Of a DNA stretch of 64,000 nucleotides, positions 47,939 to 57,189 are shown piece after piece. Origin of the DNA: Anaerolineaceae bacterium. Lineage in GTDB: Bacteria > Chloroflexota > Anaerolineae > Anaerolineales > Anaerolineaceae. The DNA is taken from the NCBI GenBank assembly GCA_041910365.1, contig JAYRQY010000108.1:1799-65798 (forward strand), read 5' to 3'. Below the pieces are notes generated by a model. That model searched no databases, was not told the origin of the DNA, and was given only the letters and a program-made list of their open reading frames with translations. The position numbers were made by a program, and so were the translations under genes. The first letter of the stretch is position 1. Every line of letters starts with the position of its first letter.

Positions 47939-47952
47939 AACGAACGTTCGTT
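47939..47952. promoter_or_regulatory. Perfect 14-bp palindrome, candidate TetR operator
   Basis: AACGAACGTTCGTT lies 10 nt downstream of the -10 hexamer and 10 nt upstream of the TetR ATG. Confidence 0.6.
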
Positions 47953-47962
47953 TTTATTTGAC

Positions 47963-48580
47963 ATGACAACTACCACTCCCTCCCCAACAAAAGGTGAACG
48001 TACCCGCCAGCAGATCATCGATACGTCCTATTCCCTCTTCCTCAGCCAGGGGTTTGCGGCAACCTCCATGCGCCAGATCGCTGAACAAAGCGGACTGGCC
48101 CTCAGTGGGATTTACAACCATTTTCCCTCAAAAAAAGCCGTGTTCCTCGAAGTACTGATTCAGCGCCACCCGTTTTACAATGTTTTCCCCCTCCTAACCT
48201 CTGCACCCGGCGACTCTGCTGAAGAGTTCATCCGTAATGCTGCCCGGTTGATGATCAACGAAATGGGGCATAGTCCGGATTTCATTAAATTGCTCTTCAT
48301 CGAACTCATCGAATTTGAGGGACGCGACCTGCCGGCGCTGTTCGCCATCTATTACCCATTGATACTGCCGGTCGTTCAAAGATTTCAGCAAAACAGAAGT
48401 GAGCTGCGCGATATTCCATCCATTGCCCTTGTCCGTGCCTTTCTCGGTTTATTCTTCTCTTACTTCCTGACAGAAATGCTGCTGGCGCAGTTTCCTGCCC
48501 TGCATTTCGAAGATGGCCATCTGGACCATTTTGTTGAAATTTTCCTGCATGGCGTTCTTGCGCCCAAGGAGGCTGCATGA
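47963..48580 (+). CDS. TetR/AcrR family transcriptional regulator
   Basis: N-terminal HTH (TRQQIIDTSYSLFLSQGFAATSMRQIAEQSGLALSGIYNHF). Start set at MTTTTPS, downstream of the promoter. The ORF-track start at 47801 is upstream of it. Confidence 0.85.
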   Translation: MTTTTPSPTKGERTRQQIIDTSYSLFLSQGFAATSMRQIAEQSGLALSGIYNHFPSKKAVFLEVLIQRHPFYNVFPLLTSAPGDSAEEFIRNAARLMINEMGHSPDFIKLLFIELIEFEGRDLPALFAIYYPLILPVVQRFQQNRSELRDIPSIALVRAFLGLFFSYFLTEMLLAQFPALHFEDGHLDHFVEIFLHGVLAPKEAA

Positions 48581-49707
48581 GAAATCGCCTTCGCTCGATC
48601 ATCCGCAAGGAATTCATCCAGATTTTCAGGGACAAACGCACCCTGGCGATCATCCTGATCATTCCCATCATGCAGCTCTTCCTATTAGGCTACGCCGCCA
48701 CCAACGACATCCGCAACATCCCGCTGGCAGTGTTGGATCAATGCCGCTGTGCAGAAAGCCGTGCCCTCACCAATGCTTACACCACTGCGGACTATTTCAA
48801 GCTAACCCTAGACGTTAGTTCCGAGGAGGAAGTGCGCAGCCTCATCCAGGCTGGAACCGTCAGTGCTGCGTTACTCATCCCCCCTGATTATGCCGCGCAG
48901 CTTGCCAGCGGGAATGCCCAGGTTGCCTTCATCCTGGATGGCTCCAACCCCACCTCCGCTTCCACTGCCTATTCAGCGGCAATCCTCATCGGGCAATCGC
49001 AGGCGACGGAACTGATGGTGGAAAATCTATCGGCTGCCGGGATAAATGCCAGCCGCCTCTCTGCTCCGCTGGAAGTACGCCCGCACGTTTGGTACAACCC
49101 TGACCTGCTCAGCAGTTACTTCATGATCCCGGGCGTCATCGGCATGATCCTTTTTGCCATCACGTCCATCCTCACCGCCACATCCGTGGTGCGCGAACGC
49201 GAGCGCGGCACCATTGAACAAATCATCGTCACCCCCATCCGTCCGGCAGAACTGATCGTTGGCAAATTGACGCCGTATGTGATCCTGGCCTTCATCGACA
49301 CCTTCGAGGTACTTGCCCTGGGGCACTGGGTATTTGGTGTTCCCATCCGCGGTTCCATCTGGCTGATCCTCCTTTCCTCCGGGCTGCTGCTTCTCTCCGG
49401 GCTTGGCATCGGGCTGCTCGGCTCCACCATTGCCAACACCCAGCAGGAAGCCATGCTCACCGTATGGATGACCCTGCTGCCCTCGCTCTTCCTCTCCGGT
49501 TTCTTCTTCCCGCTCGAAGCCATGCCGGCTGTGCTGCGCTGGATCTCTTATGTCATCCCGCTGCGTTACTACCTTGTGACCTTGCGGGCGGTGATGCTCA
49601 AGGGAGCCGGGTTTGGCGCCATCTGGGTGGAATGCCTGGCATTGGCTGCCTTTGGTATCACCATTCTTGTTGCTGCTTCGCTGCGCTTCCGCAAGCGCCT
49701 GGATTGA
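48577..49707 (+). CDS. ABC-2 type transporter permease
   Basis: N-terminal cytoplasmic segment, a large loop, and a C-terminal six-helix ABC-2 domain. ATGA overlap with the TetR stop. Confidence 0.85.
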   Translation: MRNRLRSIIRKEFIQIFRDKRTLAIILIIPIMQLFLLGYAATNDIRNIPLAVLDQCRCAESRALTNAYTTADYFKLTLDVSSEEEVRSLIQAGTVSAALLIPPDYAAQLASGNAQVAFILDGSNPTSASTAYSAAILIGQSQATELMVENLSAAGINASRLSAPLEVRPHVWYNPDLLSSYFMIPGVIGMILFAITSILTATSVVRERERGTIEQIIVTPIRPAELIVGKLTPYVILAFIDTFEVLALGHWVFGVPIRGSIWLILLSSGLLLLSGLGIGLLGSTIANTQQEAMLTVWMTLLPSLFLSGFFFPLEAMPAVLRWISYVIPLRYYLVTLRAVMLKGAGFGAIWVECLALAAFGITILVAASLRFRKRLD

Positions 49708-49725
49708 TCTTGAAAGGAGTCTTTT

Positions 49726-51033
49726 ATGTCCCATAAACGCCCCCCCATTCCGGTGATTCTTCTTCTGGTGGTCGCTATTTTTGTCGGTCTTTACTTCGGC
49801 ATCCGCGCCCTCACCCAAAAAGTGGAAACAAGCCTGGCGCTTTCAGGAACCATTGAAGGCGAAAGCCTCAAGGTATCGGCTGAGAGTTCCGGCAAGGTAA
49901 GCGAGATGCTGGTCACCGAAGGAGACACTGTAAAAGCTGGCGATGTGCTTTTCCGCATGGACGACACGCTGCTGCAAGCCCAGCGGGACGCCGCATTGGC
50001 TAACCAGGCATTCGCCCGGAGCGCACTCACCAACGCCATGGCGCAATTTGATGTGGTCGATGCCGCCGTGCAGTTGGAATCTGCCCCGGCGCGCGCAGCT
50101 CTGTGGACTGCCAGCGACCCTTCCGGGTACACGCTTGCGAATGCGTACTACAGCCAGGCGGAATTGCTTTCGGCGGCGGAGACTGAATTGCTGAACGCCG
50201 AATCAGCGCTCGAGGACGCGCGCAATACGTTAACGCTCAAACTGGCGGAACAGGAATCTACAGACTTCAAAGCAGCGGAAATTGGCCTGATGCGTGAAAG
50301 GGCGGCACTGTTAAATGCAGAGAATCTCCTCTCTAAAGCCCGTATGTCTGGCAACCAGGATCTGATCGACGCTGCCCAAACGTTTGCGGATGATGAGCGC
50401 GAAAACCTGGATATTGCCCAGTCCGCCTACGACGACCTCAAGGATAGTGAGCCGGGGTTAACCATTATTGCGGAGCGCACGCAGGTGACCCTGATGACCG
50501 AGCGCGCCCAGCTTGCCCGCGAAGCCTGGCTCAAGCTTCAGATTGGCGAAGACTCCCCCAAGTGGAAGGCTGCCAGCGCCGCGCTTGAGCAGGCACATGC
50601 GGCGGTGGTGCAGGCAAACGCGCAGCTGGCATTGATCGATGCTCAAATCGCCCGCCTGACGGTGACCGCGCCGGAAGATGGGACGGTTACGCTAGCCGCG
50701 GTGCGGGCCGGCGAGGTGGTCAGCGCCGGCAGTCCGGTGGTCACGCTCACCCGGCCGGATTCGTTGACAATCACCGTGTACGTCCCCGAAGAGGAAATCG
50801 GGAACTTCAAACTGGGTCAGGCAGCCGCGCTTTCAGTCGACTCTTTCCCGAACGAGGCTTTCTCCGCCCATATCCTGCAGATTGCGGACCAGGCCGAGTT
50901 CACCCCGCGCAACACATCCACCAGCGAGGGGCGCAAGACCACTGTTTTTGCGGTCAAACTTTCGGTTGATAATTCCTCCGGTTTGCTCAAAGCCGGCATG
51001 CCCGCTGACTTGAACTTCACCTCACAGGAATGA
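49726..51033 (+). CDS. HlyD-family periplasmic adaptor / membrane fusion protein
   Basis: N-terminal TM helix, lipoyl-like motif (VKAGDVLFRMDD), a long coiled coil, and a C-terminal beta-barrel region. Confidence 0.85.
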   Translation: MSHKRPPIPVILLLVVAIFVGLYFGIRALTQKVETSLALSGTIEGESLKVSAESSGKVSEMLVTEGDTVKAGDVLFRMDDTLLQAQRDAALANQAFARSALTNAMAQFDVVDAAVQLESAPARAALWTASDPSGYTLANAYYSQAELLSAAETELLNAESALEDARNTLTLKLAEQESTDFKAAEIGLMRERAALLNAENLLSKARMSGNQDLIDAAQTFADDERENLDIAQSAYDDLKDSEPGLTIIAERTQVTLMTERAQLAREAWLKLQIGEDSPKWKAASAALEQAHAAVVQANAQLALIDAQIARLTVTAPEDGTVTLAAVRAGEVVSAGSPVVTLTRPDSLTITVYVPEEEIGNFKLGQAAALSVDSFPNEAFSAHILQIADQAEFTPRNTSTSEGRKTTVFAVKLSVDNSSGLLKAGMPADLNFTSQE

Positions 51034-51971
51034 TCCTCATCCAGGCGGAATCCCTCAGCAAATCCTTTGGCACCGTCCATGCTGTGGACGGGGTGAGCTT
51101 TTCGATTGCCGAGGGCGAGATCTACGGGCTGGTGGGATCGGATGGTGCCGGTAAAACCACCACCCTGCGCCTGCTGATCGGCATATTGCGCGCGGACGCC
51201 GGATCCGCCACCGTTTGCGGGCTCAATGTATCAGAGACTCCGGAGGAAGTCCGCAGCCGGGTGGGTTATCTCTCGCAGCGCTTTTCGCTTTATGAAGATC
51301 TGTCGGTGCTGGAGAACATCCGCTTCTTCGCCGAGGTGCGCGGCTTGCCGCCTGCCGAGTGGAAGCCCCGCTGCATGGAACTATTGGAGTTCGTTGGATT
51401 GGCTGATTTTTCCGGCAGGCGTGCCGGCGCTCTCTCAGGCGGGATGAAGCAAAAACTGGGGCTGGCTTCCGCCCTGGTGACCCGCCCAAAGATCCTGCTG
51501 CTCGATGAACCCTCCACGGGGGTCGACCCGGTGACCCGCCAGGATTTCTGGCAGTTGATCTTGCGCGTGGTGAATACTGAAAAAATGGCAGTGATCCTCA
51601 CCACCCCATATATGGACGAAGCCAGCCGCTGCCACCGCCTTGGTTTCATGCGCAGCGGCAAGATCATCGCTGAAGGCACCCCTGCCCAGTTACGCGCCGG
51701 GCTGGAAGGTCAGATCATCGAGATGCTCACCCCAACCCCGCTGGCTTTGCGCGAACCCATCAAGGCGCTTGCCGGGGTTGAGGAGGTGCGCCCATTCGGC
51801 GACCGGCTGCATATTCACGCTTCAAAAGGCGCGGTAGACCGCGTGATGCGCTCGCTAAGCTCGCTGCCCGAACTGCCGGCAGGATCCTCTACTGCGTTGC
51901 GCTTGACCACACCCACGCTGGAGGATGTCTTCCTTTCCTACGCCGCCACCAGGGAACGCAGTGATGACTGA
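51030..51971 (+). CDS. ABC transporter ATP-binding protein
   Basis: Walker A GSDGAGKTT, signature LSGGMKQK, Walker B LLLDEP. ATGA overlap with the upstream gene. Confidence 0.9.
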   Translation: MILIQAESLSKSFGTVHAVDGVSFSIAEGEIYGLVGSDGAGKTTTLRLLIGILRADAGSATVCGLNVSETPEEVRSRVGYLSQRFSLYEDLSVLENIRFFAEVRGLPPAEWKPRCMELLEFVGLADFSGRRAGALSGGMKQKLGLASALVTRPKILLLDEPSTGVDPVTRQDFWQLILRVVNTEKMAVILTTPYMDEASRCHRLGFMRSGKIIAEGTPAQLRAGLEGQIIEMLTPTPLALREPIKALAGVEEVRPFGDRLHIHASKGAVDRVMRSLSSLPELPAGSSTALRLTTPTLEDVFLSYAATRERSDD

Positions 51972-52896
51972 ACCCATCCTGCTGGTTGAGCACCTCACCC
52001 GCAAGTTTGGCTCGTTTGTGGCAGTGGACGACGTCAGTTTTTCTGTGCAGCCCGGAGAGATCGTGGGGTATCTTGGTCCCAATGGCTGCGGGAAAACCAC
52101 CACCATCCGCATGCTGCTGGGTCTGCTGAGCCCAAGTGCCGGGAGTGCCAGGGTGATGGGGTATGACGCCTATACCCAAACCGAGGAAGTGCGTTCCCGC
52201 TGCGGGTACATGTCGCAGAAATTCGCATTGTATGATGACCTTACAGTGCGGCAAAACCTTGAGTTTTATGCAGGGGTGTACGGCGTGAAAGACAAGGATG
52301 CCGTCGCCAAAACACTTGACAGCGTTGGCCTGAACGATCATGAGCGCGTGCTCACCCGCTCGCTATCCGTTGGCTGGCGTCAGCGCTTGGCGCTGGGGAT
52401 CGCCCTGGTGCATTCACCCCGCCTGCTCTTCCTCGACGAGCCCACCTCGGGGGTCGATCCGCTGGCGCGGCGGGAGTTCTGGGAACTCATTTACCAGCTT
52501 GCCGCAGGCGGTGTGACCATCTTCACCACCACGCATTATATGGATGAAGCCGAATACTGCCACCGCGTGGGGTTAATGCGCGCCGGAAAACTGCTCGCCT
52601 TTGATACGCCCACCGCGCTCAAGGTTGCCACCATCCAGGGGGATGCCTGGAACATCACCTCCGCAGTGATCTCCCAGACTGCCGCTGCCCTCAAAGAATT
52701 GCCAGGGTGCATCCGCGTCAGTTTACAGGGAGACCAGGTTCACCTACTCACCGGGCACTCACAAACAAATGCAGCATCATTGCAGACCTTCCTTACCAAA
52801 CACGGTGTAAGCGATGCAGTGATTGAAAGCAGTGAAATCACCCTGGAAGATGTTTTCATGCACCTCACGCACGGTTCTCTCCGCGAGCCAATCTGA
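51964..52896 (+). CDS. ABC transporter ATP-binding protein (second copy)
   Basis: Walker A GPNGCGKTT, signature LSVGWRQR, Walker B LFLDEP. Start at MTEPILLVEHL, overlapping the previous stop by 8 nt. Confidence 0.9.
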   Translation: MTEPILLVEHLTRKFGSFVAVDDVSFSVQPGEIVGYLGPNGCGKTTTIRMLLGLLSPSAGSARVMGYDAYTQTEEVRSRCGYMSQKFALYDDLTVRQNLEFYAGVYGVKDKDAVAKTLDSVGLNDHERVLTRSLSVGWRQRLALGIALVHSPRLLFLDEPTSGVDPLARREFWELIYQLAAGGVTIFTTTHYMDEAEYCHRVGLMRAGKLLAFDTPTALKVATIQGDAWNITSAVISQTAAALKELPGCIRVSLQGDQVHLLTGHSQTNAASLQTFLTKHGVSDAVIESSEITLEDVFMHLTHGSLREPI

Positions 52897-52933
52897 AATA
52901 ACGAATTTCGGTCAAATCCTCTATAATAAACGC

Positions 52934-54640
52934 ATGCCCCCCGCACCAAAAGTTGCTGTTGTGGATGTATCGGCAATGGGTTATCCCCAGCGGCTGTGCG
53001 CGGCTGTTCTACAGGGGCTGCTCAACCGAGAAGGAACGCGCGTCTTCCTCGACTACGGCATATATGATGATCCGGCTGCCCGGCGAACCAATGAGGTTTT
53101 CCTCGACGATGCACTCTGGTACGGCAAGTACCGCGACCTGCTTGGGTATCAGGATCGCCAGAATATGGATTACTACCGCGAGGCGCACGGGCTGCAGTTC
53201 AAACGCTCCACGCTCGACCGGATCATCCGGGAGAACATTGATAGCCTTAATGGTTACGTGGTTTGGGACCCTGCGATGGAGGATACCGCCAACATTGCCC
53301 TGATGCTCTGCGCACAGAAGAACCTGCTTCCGGTAACCCGCGACTTGGCTCCCTGGGCACAGCAGTTTGGGCTGAACCTTGCGGAAGACCTTTGCGGGCG
53401 CTGGAAGAACCGCGTTGAGCTTTACAAGTGGGCATTCAAAACGCTCTTTTCACGCTGCGACCAACAGCGCATTGCCTGCATCGAGCCCGGCTGGCAGCGC
53501 CCTGAATTCGTGGATTATCTTGTCCAGGAGCGCATCTTCACCTACAACCTGAGCAGTTCACACAAGGGTCTGGGGAGTACCCTGTTGATGCTGCTGGCTT
53601 TCGGTCCGCCTGGCCTGCGCGAGGTGCTTTTTGCGTTGCGTCTCGACGGTCTCCTGCGGCGCTTTGCCCTTGCCCTGATGGGCTGGCAGGAAGCAGAAGT
53701 GCACCTTTCCAACCGCATCCAACGCTCCATCCATTCTGATTCATTCCCCACCATTTTTGGCTGGCACACCAAAAGGGATGATGAACTGGCGTTCATGCTT
53801 CAGTTATCTTCCAATGGTATGCGCCTGGTGCCTTCGCATATTGCCGGTAACTTCTCATTTCACAGCCAGGTGAAGCCCCTGGGCGTGGAGACTCAACCTG
53901 CACCTGCAATCCCCGCGCTGGATCCGGAAGGAATCTATCTCACATTTACCTTGTCTGACGGTGACCAATTAATGATGATGAATGGCGCACAGCTGGGCAA
54001 CTGGCGCAGCCCGGCGCGCGGCAAGGTGCCATTTAATTGGGAGTGCCAGCCTTTGCTGATCGAAATCGCCCCAGCCCTGCTGGAAAGATACCAGCGCACT
54101 TCCACTGACAATGACTGCCTGGTTGCCGGACCCTCCGGGGCGGGCTACGTGGTTCCTCCGCTGATGCCCAATTTACCCGCATACCTGCATGAAACAGCCT
54201 ACATCTGCCAACAGGCGGGCATCCGTGTGATCACTTCCTACGTGGCCGATCCTCCCCGGCGGGTATTGCACCAGCTTGCGCGCCATCACGGAGACATTGC
54301 CGGGTATTTGTGCGGCTACGCCGTGGTCACCCGCGCGCCGCAGGCACTGATCAATGACCTTCCCATCATCGCCAATGAATCACCGTTGGTGAACGAGATT
54401 TCCCTGCATGCCGAAGAGTTGCTGCCCACCATCCACAATCGCCTGCTCGAGAAAGCCCAGACACCGCGCTTCATTGGCGTTCACCTGTTTGCCTACCGCA
54501 CCACCATTGCAGACATCGTGGAATTTGTGAGCACCCTGGATATAACCCATCTCCATGTTGTGCGTGGAGATGTCTTTTTGACACTCGCCAGACAGGCAAT
54601 GAGGAGGCAGAAAAATGGAAGCGCAGAAGACCACCGGTAA
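52934..54640 (+). CDS. Uncharacterised protein resembling the GxGYxYP putative glycoside hydrolase family
   Basis: 568 aa with no signal peptide. Motif GPSGAGYVVPP resembles GxGYxYP. Followed by a GPH sugar transporter gene. Family call is from memory of the motif only. Confidence 0.5.
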   Translation: MPPAPKVAVVDVSAMGYPQRLCAAVLQGLLNREGTRVFLDYGIYDDPAARRTNEVFLDDALWYGKYRDLLGYQDRQNMDYYREAHGLQFKRSTLDRIIRENIDSLNGYVVWDPAMEDTANIALMLCAQKNLLPVTRDLAPWAQQFGLNLAEDLCGRWKNRVELYKWAFKTLFSRCDQQRIACIEPGWQRPEFVDYLVQERIFTYNLSSSHKGLGSTLLMLLAFGPPGLREVLFALRLDGLLRRFALALMGWQEAEVHLSNRIQRSIHSDSFPTIFGWHTKRDDELAFMLQLSSNGMRLVPSHIAGNFSFHSQVKPLGVETQPAPAIPALDPEGIYLTFTLSDGDQLMMMNGAQLGNWRSPARGKVPFNWECQPLLIEIAPALLERYQRTSTDNDCLVAGPSGAGYVVPPLMPNLPAYLHETAYICQQAGIRVITSYVADPPRRVLHQLARHHGDIAGYLCGYAVVTRAPQALINDLPIIANESPLVNEISLHAEELLPTIHNRLLEKAQTPRFIGVHLFAYRTTIADIVEFVSTLDITHLHVVRGDVFLTLARQAMRRQKNGSAEDHR

Positions 54641-55973
54641 GTTAAGTTGGGGCACCAAGTTTGCTTACGGATCGGCGGACCTGGGGATTTCCCTGGTTAC
54701 CGCTTCGATCCAGTTCTTCCTGTTGTTTTACTATACAGATATCCTTGGCATCGATCCGGCGCTGGCTGGAACAGCCCTGCTGGTGGCCAAGCTCACCTGG
54801 GATGCTGTCAACGATCCACTCTTCGGTTACTTCTCCGACCGTACGCGCAGCCGCTGGGGTCGGCGCAAACCATACATTCTCTTCGGCGCAATCCCCTTTG
54901 GGCTCACCATCTGGCTGATGTTCTCGCTGCCCGCCGGGCTCACCGGCATCACCGCCTTCCTGGCAGTCCTCGGTACCTTCCTGCTTGTGGATACGGCCCA
55001 GACGTTGGTGAGCGTGCCCTACTATGCCCTTTCGGCTGAACTGACCTACGATTACGATGAGCGCACCTCGCTCATTTCCATCCGCATGATCTACACCGTC
55101 GTCGGGTACATTCTCGGCGCTGCCGCCACCACCCTGCTGGCCGGCATCTTTGAAGGGATGGGGCTGGCAAAAACTGCCGCCTACAGCACCACCGGCGCCA
55201 TCTTTGGCGTCATCGCCATCATCACCGTCCTGGTCACCGCCGTGCTTGTCAAAGAGAAACCGAACGCCGACCTGCAGCCAGCAAAGATGCCGCCGCTTTC
55301 ACAGCTTGCCCAGGTGTTCAAGAACAAGCCTTTCGTCCAGTATATGATCATGAGCACCATCATCAGCATCAGTTTCACCCTGCTCACCAGCCTGCTGCCC
55401 TACTTTTTGACCTACCAGTTGGAAATGACCGACCAGATTTCCTTCGTGATGCTGGTAATGCTGGGGACGATCGGCATTTTCCTCATTCCGTGGCGGCTGG
55501 CTTCCAAGAAGATGAACAAGGGACCGGCATACGCCCTGGGACTGGGGATTGCATCGCTGGCTATTATCGGGGCGTTCCTTCTGCCAAAAGGACCAACCCC
55601 GCTGATCTATGTGATCGCTTTCGTCGCCGGACTGGGATTCTCCGCGCAGTACGTCTTCCCCTGGAGCATGATCCCGGATGTGATCGAAGTCGACCAGGCG
55701 CAAACGGGGGAACGCCACGAAGGGATCTATTTTGGCGTGAACGCCCTGCTGGGAAAACTCACCGGCGCGCTGGGGGTGGCAGCCAGCGGGTGGGCGCTCA
55801 AGTTATACGGGTACATCCCCAACGTGGCGCAGACCGAGCATGCGCTCTTCGGCATTCGGTTCTTCTTTGCCATTGTGCCGGTCATCGCTTTTGCCATTGC
55901 CCTGCCCCTGCTCATCTGGTATCCAATCACCCGCCAGAAACACGCGGAACTGACCGGGCAGAAAATGGAATAA
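54615..55973 (+). CDS. MFS transporter, glycoside-pentoside-hexuronide (GPH) cation symporter family
   Basis: DPLFGYFSDRTRSRWGRRKPY loop typical of MelB/GPH proteins. About 12 TM helices. GGAGG Shine-Dalgarno. Overlaps the upstream gene by 26 nt. Confidence 0.88.
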   Translation: MEAQKTTGKLSWGTKFAYGSADLGISLVTASIQFFLLFYYTDILGIDPALAGTALLVAKLTWDAVNDPLFGYFSDRTRSRWGRRKPYILFGAIPFGLTIWLMFSLPAGLTGITAFLAVLGTFLLVDTAQTLVSVPYYALSAELTYDYDERTSLISIRMIYTVVGYILGAAATTLLAGIFEGMGLAKTAAYSTTGAIFGVIAIITVLVTAVLVKEKPNADLQPAKMPPLSQLAQVFKNKPFVQYMIMSTIISISFTLLTSLLPYFLTYQLEMTDQISFVMLVMLGTIGIFLIPWRLASKKMNKGPAYALGLGIASLAIIGAFLLPKGPTPLIYVIAFVAGLGFSAQYVFPWSMIPDVIEVDQAQTGERHEGIYFGVNALLGKLTGALGVAASGWALKLYGYIPNVAQTEHALFGIRFFFAIVPVIAFAIALPLLIWYPITRQKHAELTGQKME

Positions 55974-55994
55974 CGACGAACCGGACGATCTTAA

Positions 55995-56384
55995 TTACTT
56001 GACAACAACATCGAGGATAAAGGTTTCGAGCGGCGGCGAGTTTAATTCCCAGGCGCGGTGGTAAATTAATTTAAGGCGCGTCGTACCGCTGGCAACTGCT
56101 TCAAAGGTGTACGTGTTCACACCGCCGGAACCGGTGAGGATCGAACCGGGTTTGTAATCCACATCGCCAACCTGCCTGAGAATTGCCGAATCAACTTCAA
56201 CCAGGTCCCAGTCGTATCCGGTGGTGGGGTTGGAATCCAATTTGAGCGTCATCAACTGCCCGCTCGCGAGCTCGATTGACCTGCCGTTCATTTCGGCGTC
56301 CACCTTCACCCTCTTTTCACATCCCGCCAGCAGCAACAGGAGCACAGCAATCCCTGCAATGTGTACTACGTTTCGCGTTTTCAC
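55995..56384 (-). CDS. Chagasin-family (I42) peptidase inhibitor lipoprotein, GTG start
   Basis: Lipobox LLAGCE and the NPTTGYDW motif characteristic of chagasin/ICP. GTG at 56384, preceded by GGAGGAGG. Confidence 0.8.
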   Translation of the reverse strand: MKTRNVVHIAGIAVLLLLLAGCEKRVKVDAEMNGRSIELASGQLMTLKLDSNPTTGYDWDLVEVDSAILRQVGDVDYKPGSILTGSGGVNTYTFEAVASGTTRLKLIYHRAWELNSPPLETFILDVVVK

Positions 56385-56445
56385 CTCAAACCTCCTCCCG
56401 TTGTACTGACAAGATGAAGCGTATTCTCAACCGGGTGCTGAAGCC

Positions 56446-57126
56446 TCACAGCAGCGAATAAACGCCGGCCATCACGAACCAGAACAGGGTGAAAAAGAAG
56501 ATGCACCATTCCAGCACGGCAGAGCGCCACACGCGGGGTCTTTCGGGCTGCTGCTGCGGGTCAAGGATGTAATTGGGGTTCTCGTCCTTATCCGTTTTGG
56601 TACGCACGGTGAGCAGGAACGCACTGTAACTTCCGAGGGCGACGACACCGATGATGTTCAACCCCAGCGGAATGCGCCGCGCACCGGTTGGTTGGGCAAA
56701 GATGGCGATGGTAAAAAAGAGCACGTTCAGCAGCCCGCTGCGGAAGAAGGTCATGGCAGCACGGCGGTGCGGCGTGAGGCGTTCCATCGAGAAAACCCCC
56801 ACCAGTGCAGCGGATGTCGCCGCGATCAGCCCAAAGCCTGCCCCCAGCCACCCGAAAACCGAATTGAGCCGCAGCCCAAGCCCGATCATCAACGGTAGGA
56901 ACAGGATCCCGCCGCTGATCATCCCGGCGTTGAATGCCCAGGCACGCTTCGAAACCCCCTCTTCGCCCAGCTCGGAGATGAAATGATTTAATGGGGAATA
57001 GGTTTCCTGGTTGCGCCCGCGGTAATGAATGGCAGCGATGATCGCGCCCGTGAAGATGAGGAAGGTACCGCTCAAGGCGAAATAAGGGTAAACTAACGTT
57101 ATCCATGCACTCATCGAAGGATTCAT
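56446..57126 (-). CDS. DUF998-like integral membrane protein
   Basis: Seven hydrophobic helices and an ISELG motif after helix 1. Confidence 0.55.
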   Translation of the reverse strand: MNPSMSAWITLVYPYFALSGTFLIFTGAIIAAIHYRGRNQETYSPLNHFISELGEEGVSKRAWAFNAGMISGGILFLPLMIGLGLRLNSVFGWLGAGFGLIAATSAALVGVFSMERLTPHRRAAMTFFRSGLLNVLFFTIAIFAQPTGARRIPLGLNIIGVVALGSYSAFLLTVRTKTDKDENPNYILDPQQQPERPRVWRSAVLEWCIFFFTLFWFVMAGVYSLL

Positions 57127-57189
57127 TTCCTTTCCAGCCCGTTTTGATTATTTTACTCCAGCCGCACCAATGCGCAAAAGTGAGGGAAC

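Noticed and set aside
47557-48018. 153-aa minus-strand ORF and 72-aa plus-strand ORF (47320-47538) in the tRNA/repeat region
   Set aside because: They run through the two tRNA-Ser genes and the palindromic element. They are translation artefacts of structured non-coding DNA.
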